Notes under the pieces: generated by a model
The model's input: the letters and a program-made list of their open reading frames with translations, nothing else
Told to the model about the DNA's origin: nothing
Database searches by the model: none
Assembly (NCBI GenBank): GCA_013265495.1
Contig: MU058337.1
Span: 6,678,716-6,742,715 of the forward strand
Reading direction: 5' to 3'
From: Vicugna vicugna
Lineage: Eukaryota
Length of the DNA: 64,000 nt
Made by a program: the position numbers and the translations under genes
Shown here: positions 11,458-24,899 of the stretch, piece after piece
How the letters are laid out: the number at the start of each line of letters is the position of its first letter
How positions within the stretch are numbered: the stretch's first letter is position 1

Positions 11458-13699
11458 TATTGCCCCAACCAAATCTGTACACCACAGCAGGTGAACTGTG
11501 CCAATAAGGCCGTTCACAACGCCACTGCCTCAACTGAAAATCTTACTGCATCACATCTAAATTATTCTGTCCTATTTTGAAGATCCTCCAAATCCATCCT
11601 CATCCTAATGACTTCTTGCCTCTTCCCTGCATGTTCCTTCCACTCACTGTGTCCCTCACTTGTTCAGACTACATCTGCTCAGATAGTGCCTGTTACCTAA
11701 AATGCCCTCCCTTGCCCCCTCCGACCATCCACTGCCCCGCCAGGTTGTTCAGGGACCAGTCCTTGTTTTAGATCTATAACTGGCTTCTTTCTTGACAATC
11801 CAAAGCTTTACTGCTCTCCCCCTCTGCTGACCTTCTACAGAACTCAGTCAAGCTGCCAGTCTAAGAGAATGTAACACTGAGTCTAAGTTTCCTCATCTGT
11901 AAAATGGGCAAATGGACTAGATGATCCTTAAACTAGTAATTTTGAGTTGTTTCTTCCCAATCAATCTATTAAAGAATGTCTTGAAAGCCAAGCAGTTCTG
12001 TCTCAAAAAGATATCTTCACTGTTGCAGTAGGAGTCCAGCCTGCACCTGCCAGGGCTGCTGGAGGAGGGACGCCTGGGCAGACGCCGGTCCACATCCCTT
12101 CCTTTTTATACTCTCCTCCACTGTTGATGAGTGCTACCTGCATTGATCAAGGACCTCTAATGAGCATCTCTAATGACCAAGGATACTTGAGCAACCACTC
12201 CTAGTAGAACGGCAGTGATGGACAGCTCACAGATGAGGAAGGTGGATTCGGAGAAGTGAAGTGCTGAGCAGTGGAGTGGTCTCTCACAGCCCAGAGCCCT
12301 GGGCTCTGAACCACAAACTAAGTGTGCACACTACCCTGTGAATCCAGGCTCAACAAGGGCGCATACATCTCTACCACTTTAAAAAGTATGATTAAAAAAA
12401 AAAATCTCAGTATCGCTAATCTGTGCTCTAATCTCGGACAAGAGATCATGACTCATGACTCTGGAAATTCCTGGGTTCCTGCTGCTATATTCACAAAGCC
12501 ACGTCTATCATCCACAGCATCAGGAGGCAGGGTCTGAAGCTGGGGTGGGTTCCGTGAAATTCAAGGCTTCTTGAGATGATCAGAAGGATTTTTCCTAAGA
12601 AACTCATGGGTAGTCCTGTGGTCTGTCCTGCACTAGAATTGTCTTCTGGTTTTAAAAACCCACAAGGATGCCTTTTTTTGAGGAGGAAAACTTTGCAAAA
12701 TGAACAATTTTTCTAATACTCCCCCATTTAAAATTATGTCTGCCTCAAGGTACATCTCTAAACTCATTTGTGGTTTTAAAAAGTGATTAATAAGTGAGAA
12801 AATAAAAAATTGTGAAAAAAATTAAGATTGCTAAAAACTTCTCTCAAACACTGAGGCTGTCATCACTGTTACTTGCTCCCTTAAGTACCATGAGATTGTA
12901 CCACACTTTTCTTTCTCATGAAGACCAAGGCAGAATGGAAAATAGAAATGATTTTCTCGAGGTCACTTAATGAGTCAGTCTTGGAAAGGGATTAGAATTT
13001 AGACTGATCTGATCTTTCTCTTCTGAATTTTGTCAAAAAGGGTCAGTATGATCAATCACAAGAGCACCAAAAACACGACAGTAGTTTCTGCAGGGAGCTA
13101 CAGATTGAGATAAACAGCTTTAATTTCACTTGAAAACAGATTTCTTGCACCAAATTTTCATTTAATTTGCAGATTTTTATCTACTGTGCGTACCTGATAC
13201 TATGAGCACTTCATGCTCATAAAAGAACTAGCGCGAACTGATTAGACTGCTTTGTTGACAAGGCAGCACAGCAACTCGACGAGAATGGTTTTCAAATCAA
13301 ATTGCACCAAAAAGTGAAAGAGCAAAGCTAAAAAGGAAAAGTGCCGAGAAGCACGCCACGTGCCCGGGTGCTGTCTTTCAGGCTGCTCGGGCTCGTCTAG
13401 GCGGAGAACTTGCTCCCTTTGAATGCCAGGTGGACCCCTTTGTGCCATACACACGCACACACACACGCACACGAGTTTACTATATTTCAGGGCTCACTCC
13501 ACACACACTTTCTTGACCCCTGATGCTGGGCGAGGTGCTTCACCTACAAGGGCTCTCATGACATTTTACTGTAACTGCGTCTTCCTCCTCTCAGCTCAGG
13601 GAGAGGAAAGGTCACGTCCTGTTCACTGTGGGACCTCCCAGAGCCTGGCTGAACACTAAGTATATCTTGTGGAAAGGATGCTAATGGAAATTGTAGTGT

Positions 13700-14192
13700 T
13701 GGTGAGGTCAAGAGGTGGGTAAGCAGCCTCCTCAGAGACCTAGCCAGACGAAGGGGCAGCGACAGAAACTGCTGGATGGGACGACACCTGCCGGGATGAA
13801 GCTCCACTGGGAGGTCTTGCTCCCGGAACAAACACAGGATACACACATGCACGTTGCAACATGGACAGACCCCCAAGACATGAGGCCAAGCGAAAGAAAC
13901 CCGTCACAAAGGACCAGATAGTATATGGTTCCATTTAACGTCCGGAACAGGCAAATCTACGGAGTCAGAAAATAGTTAAGTGGTTGCCTACGGCTATGTG
14001 GGTGGGAGGGTTGGGGAGCAATTGCTAATGGGAACAGTTTCTTTTTGAGGTAATACAAATGTTCTAAAATTGAATGTGGTGATGGTGGTACAACTGTGCA
14101 TATACTAAAAATCACTGAACTGTATGTTTTCAGTAGGTGAACTATACAGTACGTGAATTCTATCTCAGTAAAGCCATTAAAAAACAAAAAAA
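13700..14192 (+). mobile_element. L1MB-like 3' end with A-tail
   Basis: GTCACAAAGGACCAGATAGTATATGGTTCCATTTA...AGGCAAATCTA...GTGGTTGCCT...TATCTCAGTAAAGCCATTAAAAAAC. Confidence 0.85.
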
Positions 14193-15399
14193 TATATTGA
14201 GAACCTTAACATGAGAGCACTTTTAATACATTAAAAATATTTTACTAAATTAAAAATCCTTGATTAATAAAAGGAACTCTCATGATTTGCAAGGCAGTTA
14301 TGACTCACAATAATGCATATGTTAGATGTTACCTAACAACTGTTACTGGGGCGGATAAAGAGAGAAACAATTTTCACAGCCACAAGATGTTACTAAGGGA
14401 GGAGAAGACCATGCAGTGAACTCACTTCAACCAAATGCTGAGAAAATAACTGAAATGCACGTGTGAATAATGGTGAGCTGCTGCAGGCATCCACATCTTC
14501 CTTGCAGACCTGCTCATTACTGAAGACAGAGGTGATAATCAACTAGGACTCAAAGGCAGCCTGAGGAAGTGAAGAGGCAACGAAAAAGTCAGCACCAACC
14601 GACTTCACTGCTCTGTTGACAAAATTCCCATTTGGCTTGTACCAGGCGTGATGCATTCAGGGTGGGCTTCACCTTAATCACACTTCTAGAGTAAATGGAG
14701 CTTTTACAGAAATACTTCAGGAAGTTTTGTCACCAAGTTCATGTTGTGGTATACAATGGCACCATCGCCATCAGCCAACAGACAGAACGGTGGTCACACT
14801 GTTAACAGGTGACCAAACCTCAGAGAATACACACTTCCCAGGAGACACAACTGCTTTGACAGCTGCTGGACCCTCATTGTAAAGGTTCAAGTTTTAAAGA
14901 GTAATAACTATTAGGTTAGCTCCTAAATTGAGGCGCTCCCTCAAACTTCCTGAGAGCCAGAGAACAGATGCCCAATACAACCAGAATAACTCCCATCTCA
15001 CAGATCTTCCTGGTGTATCAAGTAATTCTGCACAAATTATTTTACCATCAGAACAACCCTGTAAGACAGACTGAACACAGATCTCCCTGTCAACCCGGGG
15101 ATGATTCCTCAAGCACAAATTCCTCGCTCTTTTCATTTATATTCTGCTGCTTTTCTATCGTGATGTGTTTCTTCCATCAAAAAGAGGAGAACACATGCTA
15201 AGAAGCTGTAGAGACTCACGCGGTAGCCGCACTGCTGAAATGCTCATCATTACAGGGAATTTCAGCGACTGCTCCAGGGCTCTGGACGCGAGGAGGCTCT
15301 GCAAGCTTGGCTGGGCATTTACTCTCACGGAGTGAGCGAGCTCCACCTCAACCACGAAGGCCCTATGAACCTGGAGAACCCCCACCACCTCCTGACTGG

Positions 15400-15995
15400 C
15401 CTTCTTCCTCCAGGGTCACCTCTCCCATGGATCACTCATGCCATGGCCAAAGTCACCTTTCTTAAAGACAAATCAAACTTACTCTTCTGCTTAAAAGGCT
15501 TCACTGACTAACCACTTCTTACAGGACAAGAGGAAAAAGAATTCTTACTGTAGCAAAAGCCCCCTGTACTTCCTGGCCGCGGCTTTCTCCCCAGCCTCGG
15601 TTTTCACTGCCTCTTCCCTCGGGAAACCCTGGGCCGAGGCAAATGTAATTACTTGTTATTCCCACAGCTGTTTCAAGCTCTGGTGCTTCTTCTCACCAGG
15701 GTCTCTGGGCCTGAAATACCTGCCTGCCTGTTGGCCTCTTCAAGGTTCCCCTCAACAGCACGGGGCTCTGCCAAGTCCCGCCAGGAAGACCGGGCTCTCT
15801 TTTGCTGGTACAAACTCCAATAGAAACCTCACACCTCAGCTCCCTTCCCCGAGGGGGCTGCAGACTTCCTGAAGGCCAGGGCGGTGCCATTTTCCCCCTC
15901 AGGGCTGTGTACTGTAGTGGAACCAAAAGAGACATAAATAACACACACAGCTCCTGTCCTTCAAGGGCTCAAACACCACCTGATGAATGAATAAA
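15400..15995 (+). mobile_element. L2 remnant
   Basis: TTACTCTTCTGCTTAAAA motif and terminal TGAATGAATAAA. Confidence 0.55.
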
Positions 15996-16999
15996 GCACA
16001 AACCCACAGAAAGTTATGTAACAGTCCCGGCAGAATGATCTGCAGCTGCCAGGACCAAGATGACTCTGAGATGTCACCACCCCGGAGGCCAGCAGCCCTG
16101 CTGGGGGCGAGGACTGACCCAGAGAGCACGAGCTGGTGGGAGGAGAGCTAGTGTGTGTGGCACACCACTGCCCCAACATAAACGCGCAGAAGAAGGGGGA
16201 GGCTCTGCTCACGGAGAGAGATGAGGGACAAAAGTATGAGACTGTGGCATTACTGTGTGGTCAACTCAGTATTCACCATGACGAATCCATCGGACAACCA
16301 TCCCAGAGCTTTTGGGTAGTGGCTACAGTGGAAGTGTCCAGAAAGATCACACCACTGTGCTTGATGATGGACTTCAGGACACTGACCCTGTCAGCATCTG
16401 GTCTCAAGCTCCAGATGAAGCAAGGTCTCCAGAGTCATCACACTGTTCACTGCCCTGTAGAGCCCCAGGGTGTGTATCCGCCCCAGTCCATGTTACAGCT
16501 GCTTCAATAGTGTAATGGCAGAGTTCACGTTCAAGGATGCAGACGTGACACTCGCAGCGATGTCCTAGGACAAGGCTGGCTGGTCAGAAGTGAGGCCTGT
16601 CCTTCCTCTTCCAATCCAGCCACTACTTCTTAACCTGTGCCTTCCCACTGAAACTCCTTTCAAAAGTGAACCAAGTCTTGCTGACTCTTGTGGTCCTTTC
16701 CTCATCATTATCTCAGCTTAGCTTTTTTTTTTTTTTTTTTTTTACCATTCTTCCTGAAATGGTCTACTCTCCGGGCTGCCTTGCCACTGAACTCTCCCGG
16801 ATTTCTCCTCACCCCCCTGGAATTCCTTTCTTCCTCCTCTAAACTTGGGTCCTGGGCTGTCTTTAGTGGTTTGCTTCATATCTGTCCTTTCAGAAGATAT
16901 CTGTACACTTTCCAGACTATTCACCTATATTCAGCTGGCTTTAGTACATTAAAAAAATTCTGTACATATTTATTATACACATATTGTCACTAATTCCCT

Positions 17000-18050
17000 A
17001 AATATATGAGTTCTCACCATGTGCCAGGCATTATTCATATGCTGGAGACTAAGGAAAAAGTCTCCCCTCACTCTAAGATGCACTGTTGGTAGAGGTGAGA
17101 AAGTCAGTCACTAGTGAGGGACAGGTGTGGTGGGCAAGTACCAGGAAAGACATCAGAGGGTAAAAGAACAGACCGAGGGCCACATCTGACCAGGAGGCTG
17201 CAGAAGGCTTCCCAGAGGAGAGGATTTTGCAAAGAATACTGAAGAGTGAACAGGAGTTAGGCCAGCAAAGACTGCGGCGTGTGGGGCGGGGCGGGGTGGG
17301 GCAGGGTGGGGAAGTTGGTACAGGGGAAGTTTGCTGTAGGCAGAGGGAAGGGCAGATGTGAAGGCAAGAAGTGAGAAACAACAGGGCTGAGATGAACTGC
17401 AAACAGTTCAGCATGATTAGCCTGCAGCCACTTGGGTGCTGGGGAGGAGATGGGGCTAAAGAGCGAAGGGGCCAAGTGTAGCGAGCATCAGTGACCCAAA
17501 AAGCTCAGGAGGGCCTGGGAAGGATGGGACTGTCTTCCTGGAGATCACTCTGGGGGCTGAAGTGTGGGGCAGGGTGGGGAGAGGGAGGCAGTCATGATGA
17601 GATGTCATTAGGTAAGTGACGGTGGCGGCCTGAACTAAGGCGTGGGGTGACGAAAGGGAACAGCAGGTTATACCAAGCAGACAGACTCCCAGGGCCTGAC
17701 AGAGGGAGGGGACAAGAGGGACATGGATCCGTGAGATAGAAAAGTCTAAGAGGAAGCCACAACGTTCTGGTTTGGGCCCCTGGGTAGACGGCAGTGCTTT
17801 GTCCATCACGGCAGGAGTGAGCAGGAGAAGCAAATTTAGGAAAGAAATGGTAAATTCCAAGTGCCTGTGGAACATCTGAGTGGAGATACCCAGGAGGCAG
17901 TGGGAACATTAGGTCTGCAGCCCAGGAGAGAGGAGGTCTAGGCTGTAGATCTAATGCTGAGAGCCATGAGCTTCACAGAGTGAGAACGATGGGTGGGGCG
18001 GGTCACCTGCTGAGGGTGTCCGGGGTGAGAGCTCACCGCCTGGCCCCTTG
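17000..18050 (-). mobile_element. L2 remnant
   Basis: Starts CACCATGTGCCAGGCATT. Purine-rich L2 antisense motifs (GGAACATCTGAGTGGAGAT; AGGAGAGAGGAGGTCTAGGCTG). Confidence 0.65.
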
Positions 18051-21000
18051 GGAGACAACACAGTAAAGGCACCAATGAAGAGACAGCCATTGTCCTGGCC
18101 AGGCATTCATCCAGAACCGCACACTGAACTTCTAAAATCTTCTGTTTGTCTCTCTCTTCCTCTGTGGTCTCACCTTTTTCCATCCAACTCACACACAGAG
18201 ATAAGAGGAATTTCCCCGAGATAACTGTCCTACCTTTGTTACTGACTAAACCACATTTGATAGCCTCCAATGTCAAAATCCAACTCTGCCATCAGGTTAA
18301 CAAACACTTCCTTCTGTTAGAGTCACTGTACTACTTCTCATTTTTCACTCCGTATCTTACCACCTCGGTCCTCCAGGTCTCCCCGAGGTCTCTCATTTCA
18401 GGGCCTCCTTATCACTGCCCCAATCCCCTCACTCTTGCTGGTCTTCCTGTTGGGGACAAACTGCCCATCCACATCCTGCTCATCCTTCTAGTCCCTGAAA
18501 CCTCCTCTCACAGTAGCAGGCCACGCTGAGGGTGCCTTCTAGGGCATCTCACTGCCCTGGGTGCTCTGCTCAACACTTCATTGTTCCCAGATGTTTCTCT
18601 AATTCAAGTGCATCTGCCAAGCTCCCTGAAGCAGATCGCAAACTCATTAACGGAAAGGACATGTTTCTCACTTCTTTTGGGCCCAAAGAGTCCCCATCAG
18701 TCTTGGTCAGACAGATTCTCAAGTAGTGACGACTGGCTGACCCCAGAGCCAAGTGAGGACCACAGGCAGGTGGGTGACAGCGAGCACAAAGCCGACAGGA
18801 ACAGGCAAAAGAGATGTAAAGGAATACACTGAAACAAAACTTTGGCATTATTTTGGAACACTTGAAATTAAAAACTGCAGACAGATGAATCTAATGTCTA
18901 GTAACTGGGAACTAAATGGTTTTTTGACCAAATAAATTCTGTTCTATGAAAAATATTTGAAAACCCACAGCTTGTAAACAAATAACAGGTTTATCTTAAA
19001 TGCAGTAAGAGAATTTGAGGATGCCTACAATAACATACAAGGACATCACAACAATCAAAAAGATATTTGAAAAACATAGAAGAGGGAAGCAAAAGTTCTA
19101 ACTTTGGTTTAAACAGTTTAACTTTAAACTTGGCACTGAGTTTCCTGTCAGCCAAAGCAAAAAAGGAAAGAAGAAAAAAGTCACCAGGCACTCCCCTTAC
19201 TGGGAGGCAGCACAGTGAAGTATTGGGCAGAGGACTTGGCATCGGACATACCTGGGTCCCTCCCTGTTCTGCAGCCCCATTGTGGCTACGTGTCTCTGGG
19301 TGAGCCAGAACCCCTAAGCCTCAGGGAATGTGGAGGAAATAGCTGTATCTCTCAAGGCGGATGTTGGGGATAAATGAGGAGAGAACTGAATAGACCTAGG
19401 ACTAAAGAAATTGTGTGCTCCTCCTCTCCAGCAGACCATACAATGTGAAGCCTGTGGCAAGAGTCCAGGGACTGAGATTCTGAAGTCAGGGCCAGACCCA
19501 CCTCAGAAAGCAGAGGAGCCTCCAAGCAGCAGGCAGAACCACAAGCCAAAGGCCATCACCTCACAGCTGCCCGGCTGCCACGGGCTCCCTGGGTGGGCAG
19601 CAGTTTGGTCTGCTTTATTCACAGATGCTGGGCTGTGCAACCTGGCAGGTCCTATGGTACTCAAAGTACCTGTGGGGGAGGTTTGCAGCAAACCACAAGG
19701 GGATAACCATGATGTGGATGCCTACGGGCTGGAGCAAGGGCAAGCATACACAGCAGGGACTTAGGTTCAGAACACTGCTGCTGGTCCCTGGGGGCAGGAA
19801 GTGCCTGACCACAGGCACAGAGTGAACATGTGGTCAGGGGTGTGAGACCTCCCAAGGCCGACCATCAAGTGGGGCCAAAGAGATCCGTCACAGAGGGAAG
19901 TGGTGTTTCCACAGTCAGCGTGAGCTGCAGAAGCAGGTATGCCGAGACCAACGTGTTGCATAAAAACCTCTTCCCCAGTTCATACCTTCTGGCATGTGGG
20001 GTGGGTCCCTTAGGACCAAGTGACAGAGGAGAAAAATGGCCAAATTCTGTTCATAGATGGGTTGGCTCAGGACACAAGTGAAAGCTGAAAATGGACCATG
20101 GCTGCACTACAGCCCCATTCAGGGGCGACCTGGAAAGACAGTGACGAGGACAAACCCTCCCAATGGGTGAGCGTGGGCAGTGCCTCTAGTCATCCACCTT
20201 GTATGGAAAGAGAAGTGGCCTGAGGTAACAACAGCTATGGATTCATCGGGCGCGTGAATGACTCGGTCGGGTGGACAGGAGCCCAGAAGGCAGGGGCGAG
20301 GAGATCCGGGAAGAGCACGTGGGTCAGCTAAAGGAACAGGCATGCAGTGCGACATCTCCGTCCTGCAGGAATCTTTGCCATGAATACAGCGCACAGAAGA
20401 GGGAGGCAGACTGATGTCAGCCAGCCCCTGTCACCAGCCACACCAGGGACGTGGAAAGAGCAGCTGTGGTGGCAGAGATGGAGGCTACACATGGGCCCCA
20501 CTCCCTAAGGCGGACCCAGCCTCTGACAGTACCACAGACAAATGCTGAGCTCCGATGCACCACCATCCCTCAAGGAGAACCAACGGCCACTTAGTGCCAG
20601 GTCGACTCGACTGGGCCCATTCACTCTGGAACGGGCAACTTTGTGGACTGAAACACGTCGTCCTAAAATTCACTGAAGTCTCTAACCCCCAATGTGACTT
20701 TGGGCTTAACTTTAAGGAGAAAAGAGCGCCACTGCCATCCTGGAGGAGCTGCTCCGAGAACTTCTGTAAAATAAGATCCAAGCAGCACAGGGGCGATGCT
20801 GTGTCTCCCGCCCAGACCCCCCCACCTCCCTCAGGACCAAAGCACTCAACCTTCCTGCTGCAGGGGTGCTGTTCTCAAGGGACACCTCCCCTGTGGATGG
20901 CGTGCCTCTCAGGAGAGCCAGTCGGCCCAAGACCTGCAATCTGCACCCAATGCCTGTCCGAATGTGGGACAACTTGGAAGGGCTCTCCCAAGTCCACAGC

Positions 21001-22559
21001 TCTGTAGAAGATTCGCTTGGGCCTTCTTTGTGACTGCTGCTCAGAGTCTCCCTCTGTCCTTCACCACCCCTCCCCAGAGATGCCCATCCTCACAGCGTTC
21101 TTCAATAAACCTCATGCATGAGAATCCACCTGGGGACGCCAACCTCAGAAACACAACCTCTCTGGTTTGCACATGAGCCCAAGACCACAGCTGTCTACTG
21201 AGGACTCTCTTCCCAGGGAGCCCAGAGGTACCTCGGGCAGGATGCTTCCCCTGATCTGCTCTTCCCAGGTTGGTGCAATGGTGCTGCCGTAGGTCTCTCC
21301 CACTGCCTGAGCCAGAAACCTCAGAATCACACACAGCTTCTTTCTCTCCCTCACAGCTCTGCCCATTCTACCCGGAAAATATTTACTCTCATCGTTACTC
21401 AGTTTTGGGGACACTGATTAGTTTGAGTTCCCACACTTTTCATCCTTCCCTCTGTTTCCCTAAAGGATCTACCTCTTCCTCCTGCTAAATACAGGTTTAG
21501 TCTAGAGCCACATTCATCTTGGGTATGATGCTCTAGTGGTACACATCTCCCAGCCCCACACACTGACTCCATGATCCGCACCTGCAGCTCTGACCTCTCT
21601 CTGAGAGACGTCTGTCCTCCACGTTTAACCACATTATGGGTCTCTTTACTGTATGTTTCAGTAACCTCAAATATACCTGCAGGGAACGGCTTTCTCACCT
21701 GTAGACCTGGCCCATTGATAAAGTGCCTCCTTCTTTCCATTTCAGATGTGAACTGTTGGAACCCATGTCTCCAGTGGGACATCAGGGACGTCACACCTGA
21801 TTTCACTTCTCCAGACCACGGTGAGGCCTGCAGACCTACTTCTCACATACCATGTAGACAGGAGACAGGGAGATGGCAGGAGAGAACAGAGGGTGAAGAA
21901 GATGGAGACAAGAAATGAAGAGCCTGTGCTGGACCACAGACGTGTCAAAGGCAGATTGGGTATGAGGTCTTAGCCTGACGCAGAATAACCCTGGAAGGAC
22001 AAGTGTGGTATCAGATTGTCTGGATATAACTCATAGACATACGCTCAGTATTTCCAGATGATTAATGACAAGGATAAGAAAACACAGCATTTATCTGATC
22101 TACTTGGTTGTTCCTTTGAAAGTTTTCTTACTTTCACATTCTCTACAATTCAACCAAGGAAAATCAAGAAGTTTGACATTTGCTCTTCACTCCAAAGCAC
22201 ACGATAATAAGCATTTTAACAGGAAGACACTGTGGCTTTTACAAGATTATAAAAACAGATAAATATCACATCTTGTTAACTAGGTTGGTGTTTCTCCAAG
22301 AAATAATGCTTATCTAATAGAAGTGGAACAAGAATGTCCAGTTTGACCAGTCTTTTAGCTGCAATTTACTTTTTCACCTTAAGAAAAAATTAAGAATAGC
22401 CACTATCAGAGACTTATATTCTATTCAGAAACATGTCAAAATATCCACAAATGCAATGCACAGAAATAAAATGTAGTCCCTGCCACACACACAGTCTCAG
22501 AGGAGAGGTTCACGCAGGCCACAGAGCATTTTTGGATTTTTATCACAATTATCATTTAC

Positions 22560-22805
22560 CTGCTGCTGCCTCTGTCGCCTCACTTGTGCAAACTGCGACA
22601 GCATCAGCTGCCGATCAAGCAGCTCCATCCTTTGCTGTCTCTGGATGTCCACCGTGGCTCCCATCCCGATTCTGGCTTCACTGGTGGGTTCTGATGATGA
22701 GAAGATGGGCTCAAGGGCCCAGGAACAGAACTTTGCCAGCCAGCGGGGGACGTAGAGAACCTGACGAACTTGGAACACGTCACTGCTGTAGCAGATACCC
22801 GAAAT
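22560..22805 (-). CDS. UBAC2: UBAC2 coding exon (human exon 7 equivalent), 246 bp, phase 0-0
   Basis: ctctcttcttgtag|ATTTCG...CAGCAGCAG|gtaaat. Translates ISGICYSSDVFQVRQVLYVPRWLAKFCSWALEPIFSSSEPTSEARIGMGATVDIQRQQRMELLDRQLMLSQFAQVRRQRQQQ. Confidence 0.97.
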
Positions 22806-23599
22806 CTACAAGAAGAGAGTCCAACTGGATGGTTGAAATGTAGCAACATTTTAAAGAACATATTTAACAAAGAAATCAATAACCACAAAATACTTCAGAT
22901 GGCACTCTTCTTCATTTTCACAGTGTTAGGTAATAACTAAACTTCTACCAAGGTGCAGAACACTAAGCAGTTCAAATCAATGACAAGTTTAATTTACTCA
23001 GTAAACAAGTTTGTTTTTATTTCGTTTTCGAAGAGACAGCAAAATCCTAACCACTTGACATTCAAAGTAATGGTATAATATTTTAAAAACAATGTCTTCA
23101 TTTTTTTTTAAGCCATAAAAGATCTGATTATCAAAACACTTTCACCCTGTATAACTCTGTGGTTATTCTTATTGGCAGATAGCCATCAGAGAGAGATTCC
23201 AGAAAACAATGCTGATGTTCAGCGTGACCCAGTCATATAATAAATTTATCAGAAAATAAAGATAATCTAAAAAATATGGTGTTTTAATATATTTCCCAAA
23301 TATTGATTTTTCTAGATTTAAAAATCTTTGCCAATAGTTAGCAATTAATAATTCTGTTTATAAATAAGCCTATTTTTCATCTTTAAGGCAATTTATCTGG
23401 TAAAAGAAGTCTAAAGACTCTATGGTATTCTAGGTAAAAAGAGCACTGCTATTCTTTTGTAAAAAATATTTAATTTTGTGAATTTGATTCTTAGGATAAG
23501 AAGTTGTTCATACCAGATTAGAGTGTATTTGACAACTTTCTATCTACTGAGAGAAAAATACACTTTAAAAAAAAGTTTTACTAATAAAATTAACTAATT

Positions 23600-24450
23600 A
23601 GATAAAAATTTATTGAGCATCTGCTACACACCTTAGGCACTGTCACAGGCACTTAGAATATGGAGGGAGACAAGACAAACAAAGTCCTGCCTTTACAGAG
23701 GGGAGGTAACCGTGGTCAGTGGAGAGACTGGACAGTAAACAAGCACACACATAAAACACTTCCAGACAAGTCCTATGAAGGAATTAAAAGAAAGTGACTT
23801 GGAGCAGGGACCTTCTGTAGGTCAGCTGGTCAGGGAAGCTTCAGGGGAAGTGACACTTGAGCAAAGATCTTAAGGATAATGAGGTACCAGGGATTTGATG
23901 AACTGGAGGAAGAACATTTCAGGCAGAGGAAACAAATGCAATGCAGGAATGAGCTTGGGAGTATCTATCAGAAATGTCAGTGGAGCCAGCAAGTGGGTTG
24001 TGGGATATAAAAACCTGGAACTCAAGGGAAAAGTTAACGGAGACAAGGATTTGGGAGTTAGTGGTATTAAATTGTGTTTAAAGCAACAGGACTAGATGAG
24101 ACAATTTGAGGGTGGGGAATGTATCACAGAAGAGAGAAGAGGACTTAGGATCGAGCCCAGACGTCGCCAGTATTTTGTGGATAGACAAAGTAGGAGAAGC
24201 TAGAAAACTCTAAGAAGGGGCTGCCAGGGAAAAGAAGGAAAATGAGGAGAGTTTAGTACCACTGAAGCTGAGAGAACAGTGTTTTAAGATGGTTTTAAGA
24301 TGGGAATAGTCAGCTTTGTCTAATGCGGCCCAGAGCTCAAGCAAGACAGAGAGGAAAACGACCACTGGATTGGGCAAAATTAAGAACAGTTTTGGTGCAG
24401 TGGTAGGAGCAAAAAACAGACTGGAGGAGGCTGAAGAGTGAATGGAAAAG
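23600..24450 (-). mobile_element. L2 remnant
   Basis: Begins ATTTATTGAGCATCTGCTAC...AGGCACTG (reverse complement of the L2 3' end), then purine-rich L2 antisense sequence. Confidence 0.75.
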
Positions 24451-24899
24451 GACTTTAGGTTTCAAATAATTTCCATGCTACTTCTCTCAAAAATGGTACA
24501 AAGCAACGAAGAAAATGAAAACAGAAACAAACTCCACATTCAGTGAAACTAGAAAGCACCTGTGATCCTCAACCACAAAATAAAATGGAAGACACACCGA
24601 GCAGTCAGAATCACTTAGCACATGAGGAAAAGGGTAAATCCAGATGCGGGAGAGGGTCCCCTGGACGGACTCGGGGATCAGAGGCACCAGGTACTGTGAA
24701 GGCAGGAGTGAAGTGGAGGGTCACATAACTCCCTGCAAGAAGCATCTGCAATTCCTCCCCTTCCCCTGCACAGCCCACGTCTGCCCTCTCCCTTCCCTGC
24801 AGGGAGAAGGTAAAGCTCTGCAGGGCACAGCTCTCCAGAGCCAAAGGAGGCTGTGGAGCAGGCAGAGCGGGCCCAGCGGGGAGGCCCTGGGCTCTAAAA

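Noticed and set aside
16180..16570. Coding-looking, compositionally balanced segment (possible processed pseudogene or ancient TE)
   Set aside because: None of the ORF-track translations here resembles a protein I recognise, and there is no poly(A) tail or TSD. BLASTX or Dfam would be needed.
24281..24302. 11-bp tandem duplication GTTTTAAGATG (similar GTTCAGCATCT duplication at 46471-46493)
   Set aside because: Ordinary slippage duplications within or next to decayed L2 sequence.
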